Shown here: one piece after another, positions 59,041 to 64,000 of the stretch
How positions within the stretch are numbered: position 1 is the first letter of the stretch
Layout: the number at the start of each line of letters is the position of its first letter
Assembly (NCBI GenBank): GCA_965206845.1
Contig: OZ242221.1
Coordinates: forward strand, 1,536,001 to 1,600,000
Direction: 5' to 3'
DNA length: 64,000 nucleotides
Source: Cenarchaeum sp.
GTDB taxonomy: Archaea > Thermoproteota > Nitrososphaeria > Nitrososphaerales > Nitrosopumilaceae
Notes under the pieces: model-generated
The model's database searches: none
Told to the model about the DNA's origin: nothing
Seen by the model: the letters and a program-made list of their open reading frames with translations, nothing else
Position numbers and translations under genes: made by a program

Positions 59041-60201
59041 CTATCCCTGCGGCGGCTTTGCGGGAACGATCCTGATGGACTCGCTCAGGCGGCGGGCCCT
59101 CTTGAGCAGCTGCTCGATTGGCTGATCCTGTGTGCCGACCACGTTAAAGTGCCCCATCTTTCTCTTTGGCTTTGAGTCGCGCTTGCCATACATCTTGAGG
59201 TGCACTCCGGGGTCGGGATCCCCAGATACGTCATACCTGCCGGTAAGGCCGGCGGGCCCCAGAAGGTTGCACATTACTGCAGGGCGCCTGAGGCGCGCAC
59301 TGCCAAGCTTCAGGCCCAGGACCGCCCTGAGGTGCTGCTCAAACTGCGAGGTGTCACAGGACTGCAGCGTGTGGTGCCCCGAGTTGTGTACCCGCGGGGC
59401 AATCTCGTTGACCAGTATCTGGCCGCCTGTGGTGACAAACATCTCGATTCCAAAGACGCCGCTGTCCTGGAACAGATCCATTATGCGGGATGCAATCCGG
59501 TCTGCCTCCCTGGCGGTCTCTGCTGATACCCTGGCAGGCGCTATGGTCATCCTCAGGATGCTGTCCTCGTGTATGTTCTCCACCAGGGGGTATGCTGCGA
59601 TCTCGCCCAGCGTGCTTCGGGCCGCAACCACCGACACCTCAGTGGAGAACGCGACATGCCTCTCAAGCATCAGCGGCGCCCCGCCAAAGTACGCAAACGC
59701 AGCGTCCACCTCTTCGGGGGATCTGACCCTGTAGTTGCCGCGGCCGTCGTACCCGTCTCTCCTGGCCTTGAGCAGCGACGGGAACCCAAAGTCTGCCATC
59801 ATGTCCTTCAGATCCTTCAGGGATCTGACCTCTGCAAAGTCGGCAACCGGAATGCCGTTCCGGCGGAGAAACCGCTTCTGCAGCAGCTTGTCCTGTATGA
59901 TCCGGAGCGTCTCCGGCGACGGGTTGATCTCTGCGTTCAGGGATCCCAGCACCCTGCTGTCGCCTGACTCAATCTCGTAGGTTATGACGTCCGTCCTCGC
60001 TGCCAGCTCCTCGATGGCACTGCTGTCCTTAAAGCCGCCGACTATCTGCTTTGCGCCTGCCTGTGCAGCGGGACAGTTCTCTGTCGGGTCAAGCACTACG
60101 ACCTCTGAGACATGCTCCTGCAGGCTCCTGGCGGCCTCTGTGAGCATCATTCCCAGCTGGCCGCCGCCTATGATACCGAGCCTCCTTGCCATTGTACTCA
60201 C
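59041..60201 (-). CDS. purK: N5-carboxyaminoimidazole ribonucleotide synthase
   Basis: GGGQLG, GYDGRG, NEIAPRVHNSGH, YGK and RKMGH. Confidence 0.95.
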   Translation of the reverse strand: MSTMARRLGIIGGGQLGMMLTEAARSLQEHVSEVVVLDPTENCPAAQAGAKQIVGGFKDSSAIEELAARTDVITYEIESGDSRVLGSLNAEINPSPETLRIIQDKLLQKRFLRRNGIPVADFAEVRSLKDLKDMMADFGFPSLLKARRDGYDGRGNYRVRSPEEVDAAFAYFGGAPLMLERHVAFSTEVSVVAARSTLGEIAAYPLVENIHEDSILRMTIAPARVSAETAREADRIASRIMDLFQDSGVFGIEMFVTTGGQILVNEIAPRVHNSGHHTLQSCDTSQFEQHLRAVLGLKLGSARLRRPAVMCNLLGPAGLTGRYDVSGDPDPGVHLKMYGKRDSKPKRKMGHFNVVGTQDQPIEQLLKRARRLSESIRIVPAKPPQG

Positions 60202-60262
60202 CGACTAAAATCTCGGATAAAAATGTCTGCTGCCGGGTTGGGGACTGCCGCACAGTTCTGGC

Positions 60263-60592
60263 TTACTGATCGTCCCTGCATCTTCTTCTGTGCCTCTGCC
60301 GGTGTTCGTCATGGTGTGGCCGGCATCCGGTTGTACCGCGCACGCCGATTGGCGGCGGGCGAGACCGGCCGGACACGTTTTGTCTCATCTGGATCACTGC
60401 AGGAACGATGCCAATAATTGCAAGCGCGGCAAAAACTGCTGGAATTGCAAAGACACCGATGTTTCTGACGTACAGTGCCGGATGCTCACCGGGCATGCCG
60501 GTAGCTCTCGCCAGGTAGTTTGTGGAACCCCATACAAACGCAAGGGCAAGGGCAGCCAAGGCAGAGAATGGTACCCAAAGTCCGGCTTTCAT
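60263..60592 (-). CDS. Hypothetical membrane protein, C-terminus possibly degenerate
   Basis: Two TM helices. ATGA overlap with the upstream gene. Confidence 0.5.
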   Translation of the reverse strand: MKAGLWVPFSALAALALAFVWGSTNYLARATGMPGEHPALYVRNIGVFAIPAVFAALAIIGIVPAVIQMRQNVSGRSRPPPIGVRGTTGCRPHHDEHRQRHRRRCRDDQ

Positions 60593-61269
60593 TTCTTATT
60601 CCTAACTATTAGTATGGTCATTATCAAGGACGAAATGACAACCGGAAAGAAAACAAACCCGATACCACTGTGCAAAATATTGGCAAATCCGGAGCTCTCT
60701 AGCCCATCTGCCGTGCCTGACCAGGCGCCGATGCCGTCACCGGTATCCAACATAGTGGTGGACTGGACCGTCAAAACTACTGCGGTTACAACAAAGTATG
60801 TTGCGGCAAGCGTTGCCGCAGCAGCTGTCAATGGTCTGTTTTCTGTGGGATTTGCTATCTTTTTTTGAAGCAGGAACGCCACAAACCCTGCTACGGCTCC
60901 AACAATGACTCCTGCCATGGGCCCTAGAACCTGCAGAAATGGAATTACCATGGCTGCCCCGGTAATGATCCCGAGCGCAATTCCCAACAACTTGATGTCT
61001 TTAGATATCGCTGAAAGAATCAGCCACGACACGAGAGAGAATGCGATGGCAACTACCAGAACAACTATGGCGCTTGTCGCGACTTCATCTACCATGAATT
61101 CGTTTGTACTAAACTTCGATCCCTCAAACCAAGGAACCAGTACAAGAAACGCCGCAACTGCCATCAAAAGACCGGTTTTCACTCTAGGCAATCCAGAACC
61201 CGGCGCAGGATATTTTTCCTCTGTATTCAAAATAAGGTGACTCCGTGTGACTTGAATACAGGTCTTCAA
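60589..61269 (-). CDS. Membrane protein resembling part of an ammonium transporter (Amt); possible pseudogene remnant
   Basis: GIITGAAMVIP...GPMAGVIVGAVAG resembles Amt GLVAITP...GIIAG. LDTGD..AW resembles the Amt N-terminus. No clear start. Confidence 0.5.
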   Translation of the reverse strand: MKTCIQVTRSHLILNTEEKYPAPGSGLPRVKTGLLMAVAAFLVLVPWFEGSKFSTNEFMVDEVATSAIVVLVVAIAFSLVSWLILSAISKDIKLLGIALGIITGAAMVIPFLQVLGPMAGVIVGAVAGFVAFLLQKKIANPTENRPLTAAAATLAATYFVVTAVVLTVQSTTMLDTGDGIGAWSGTADGLESSGFANILHSGIGFVFFPVVISSLIMTILIVRNKK

Positions 61270-61738
61270 ATTTTGCTACATCGCCGGCTGACATGCCAGT
61301 AGAAACACTGGTATTGTTGCCGCCTTGTGTAGCCAATGGGAACTTAACTCGCTATTCAATATATTAAACCCATCGCCATGCAGGGGACAGTCTTGCTCAA
61401 ACACCACGGCAAGTATTTTTTTTGAGCCTGGGAACACTGGCAGGATTCTCGCCTGTGATTCTTGCTATTGGTAGAGAAATCTACTTTGCCGCCTCATTGG
61501 AACTGGCAAGATATGTTGTGGCAGCTCCTTTGGTGTGGGGAGAATACCTATTTGCAACAATGTGGGGGTAAAACAGCGCCATTGCCAAAACCACAACTAC
61601 GGGAAGAATGAGTTTCATTTTCATCTTCACAAACCCCCCTGCATTTATGACATGTGGGCGTCAATTCCGGTGTTTACCAGCCTGCTGTCACTCTTTCACT
61701 GAAAGTTCTATATCCTGCGGGTGCGGCAGTGGTAACAT

Positions 61739-62713
61739 ATGCGCTACACCTCGTTTGAGCACCAGGGCGTGGCCAGGGTTATATCCCTGCTCAAGTCGCA
61801 GACCGGCAGGCGCCTCGGAATTGGGGAGATTAGCGACATCTTGGGCATCGGCCGGGATGCGGTGCGGAGGCACATCAACGAGATCAGGGGGCTGGGCTAC
61901 TCCCTGGAGTCCGGGAACGGGTACAGGCTGACAGGGATCACCGGTCTGCCGCTTCCATGGGAGATTACCGAGAGCATTAAGACAGAGCTCCTGGGACGGC
62001 GGGTGCACTTTTTTGATTCTATCGAGTCCACACAGGGTTACGCAGTGGATCTTGCGGCAGGCGGCGGCGAGCTGGGCTCTGTGGTAATTGCCAGGGAGCA
62101 GACCGGAGGAAGGGGGAGGCTCGGAAGAAAGTGGGCGTCCCCGCCCGGCGGCGTGTGGATGTCGGTGGTGTTGTGCCCGGATCTTGATGCCGATGTGGTT
62201 ACGCTGCTTCCCGCAGCGGCATCCGTGGCGCTCTCCGTAGCCATGGATGGCGTGCTGGGCATCAAGACCGGGATCAAGTGGCCAAATGACATTCTGGTAG
62301 AGGGGGGAAAGGCGGCAGGCATCATCATCGATGCAGACATTGAGTCAGGCAAGATCCGGAGCTTGGTACTGGGAGCAGGAATCAACCTCAACGTCAGCGC
62401 CGGACTGATCGAGGACATGGTTGGGGAGGCCAAAGGACCCAGAAGGGCGGCAAGCGTGCCGGGCATGTCTGCAGATGCCCCCGTAAGGCTCATCCAGAAG
62501 TTTCTAGCGGAGCTGGAGGCAGTAGCACGGATGTTACAGGAGGGCAGGACAGGACAAGTGGTTCTTGCCTGGACCGAGCGCTCGTGCACCATCGGGGAGG
62601 TGGTGTCTGCAGGTCGACACCGCGGCACGGCCGTCCGCCTCGACCCTGACGGGGCCTTGGTCATCAGACATGGTGCCAGAACCATGAGGATCGTCGCCGA
62701 CGACATCCTGTGA
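61739..62713 (+). CDS. birA: Biotin protein ligase with N-terminal HTH (class II BirA)
   Basis: HTH (IGEISDILGIGRDAVRRHINEIRGLGY), QTGGRGRLGRKW, KWPND and GAGINLN. Confidence 0.93.
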   Translation: MRYTSFEHQGVARVISLLKSQTGRRLGIGEISDILGIGRDAVRRHINEIRGLGYSLESGNGYRLTGITGLPLPWEITESIKTELLGRRVHFFDSIESTQGYAVDLAAGGGELGSVVIAREQTGGRGRLGRKWASPPGGVWMSVVLCPDLDADVVTLLPAAASVALSVAMDGVLGIKTGIKWPNDILVEGGKAAGIIIDADIESGKIRSLVLGAGINLNVSAGLIEDMVGEAKGPRRAASVPGMSADAPVRLIQKFLAELEAVARMLQEGRTGQVVLAWTERSCTIGEVVSAGRHRGTAVRLDPDGALVIRHGARTMRIVADDIL

Positions 62714-62991
62714 TCCTCGCATTCGATTACCGGATCCATGCCCAGAAGCGGCGATCCCGCACGCTGCTACGGCCATTAACACAGCTGCCTGCCATTCGTC
62801 TGCCCACATTCCACGGCAGTACAGTCCTATCCATGGGCAGCTGCCTGCGCCGGGCAATTTGGAGTGCCGTGGATCCTCCTGTTCATGTGTGCGCCGGTGC
62901 GTAATGTGGGACACAGCGCTTCGCTCATCAGGCTTTCTGTTTCCCCCTACTGGCTAGAGGGCGAGCGAATCTTTTTGGCCGTTACTATGCA

Positions 62992-63084
62992 TCAGCGGAT
63001 GGAAAAGTACAGGGCTATGGCTGCAGTGGCAACCGCGGCTGCGACTCCGAGTCCGAATATGATCTTGCCCCCGTCCACACTCAT
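62992..63084 (-). CDS. Small membrane peptide
   Basis: MSVDGGKIIFGLGVAAAVATAAIALYFSIR with an AT-rich box upstream. Confidence 0.4.
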   Translation of the reverse strand: MSVDGGKIIFGLGVAAAVATAAIALYFSIR

Positions 63085-63494
63085 GATGCCAGTCCGCGCA
63101 GCGGGAATTAATTTGTAATGGTGCTCTGAATCTCTCCCAAATTCGGGCGTCGGCTGCATGAGTGGCTGACCGGGGTAACCACGGCCGGGCTGGACAAGCG
63201 GCGCACTCCAATGGGACACACGGCGATGTTCTGCGCGTAGGGCATGCATGTCCAGCTAGAACCCGATTGGCGGCAGGAGGATCCTGCAGGATGGTATCCA
63301 GAGACGCTCCTGCCTGACGACTACGGGACTCTGGGAGGCTGTGCGGGTGCGCGACCCGCCATGCGATATGGGCAGTGCGTATATTGTCCTAGGTGATGCG
63401 ACCTGCCGCTCAACGGCAGGATGCCGATAGCGCCCGAGTTCGAGAGGGAGCCTGTGACGCACCAACTTTAATTATTCGACAATCAAATCTATGT

Positions 63495-63857
63495 ATGCTT
63501 CTATCGCTGGAGGGTTACGAAGACGGCATGGTCAGGCAGGCGCTGGACATGCTGCTGGTTGACAGGAAGAACGAGTTTCGTGAGCTGGCAGAGGTGCTGT
63601 TCTGGAACATTCCACCATCCATGAACCCAATACCGAACTGGGAGTACTTTGTCATAAACTTCAGCCTGGATGTCAGCCAGGAGTTCCGCATATGGTCGGG
63701 CAAGGCGAAGATGCTCCAAAACTCGGATCTAAAGGCGCTGACAATCCTGCGGCAGCTCTCCAGGGACCAATCATCCATGAACCAGGTAGCACACCGGCTG
63801 AACATTGCGTTTGATCTGGCCGAGGAATTCAAGATAATATACCGCAGGCTGAAGTAG
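63495..63857 (+). CDS. Hypothetical protein
   Basis: Coding-like 120-aa ORF downstream of TTTAATTA. Confidence 0.7.
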   Translation: MLLSLEGYEDGMVRQALDMLLVDRKNEFRELAEVLFWNIPPSMNPIPNWEYFVINFSLDVSQEFRIWSGKAKMLQNSDLKALTILRQLSRDQSSMNQVAHRLNIAFDLAEEFKIIYRRLK

Positions 63858-64000
63858 CAGCCAGACGATCTGGGCACGGCTCCGTCCTGGCGATGACTGA
63901 AGGCGGGGCAGCTGATGCGGAATAGTGTCGGGTTCTGACACACACAAGGACGCTAGCCGTCTCCAATCCTCCGAACCGTGTTCTCCAGCTCGGCAATGGA

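Overview
Archaeal DNA from an ammonia-oxidising Nitrososphaerota (Thaumarchaeota) genome. Supporting genes are a PEFG-CTERM protein, TFB, proteasome alpha, ESCRT-III/CdvB and PhaE/PhaC. The GC-rich sequence and giant DUF285 surface proteins suggest a Cenarchaeum-like sponge symbiont (inference). Positions 1-20,000 are an accessory island with two giant mosaic surface proteins (DUF285, PKD, FN3, beta-propeller repeats) that share near-identical DNA blocks. The first protein carries an embedded phospho-His + ATP-grasp dikinase module with the domain order of glucan water dikinases. The island holds nested mobile elements: (i) an IS110 recombinase element with a candidate two-loop bridge RNA, inserted into an ~82-bp MITE with a 9-bp target-site duplication; (ii) a second 81-bp MITE; (iii) an IS5-family element with the same termini; (iv) an ISH3-like element interrupted by a 138-bp MITE. 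Positions 20,000-64,000 are mostly core genes: redox (trxB, msrA, CcdA/redoxin), PHA (putative phaR-phaP, phaE-phaC, with an unusual Lys-rich PhaE tail), TFB, proteasome, biotin (bioF, bioB, bioA, birA), an FTR1 iron-uptake locus, LLM-thiolase-DUF35, purK, and several small ORFs missed by the ORF track. No rRNA, tRNA or CRISPR array was recognised. All family assignments come from reading motifs by eye, not from database searches.
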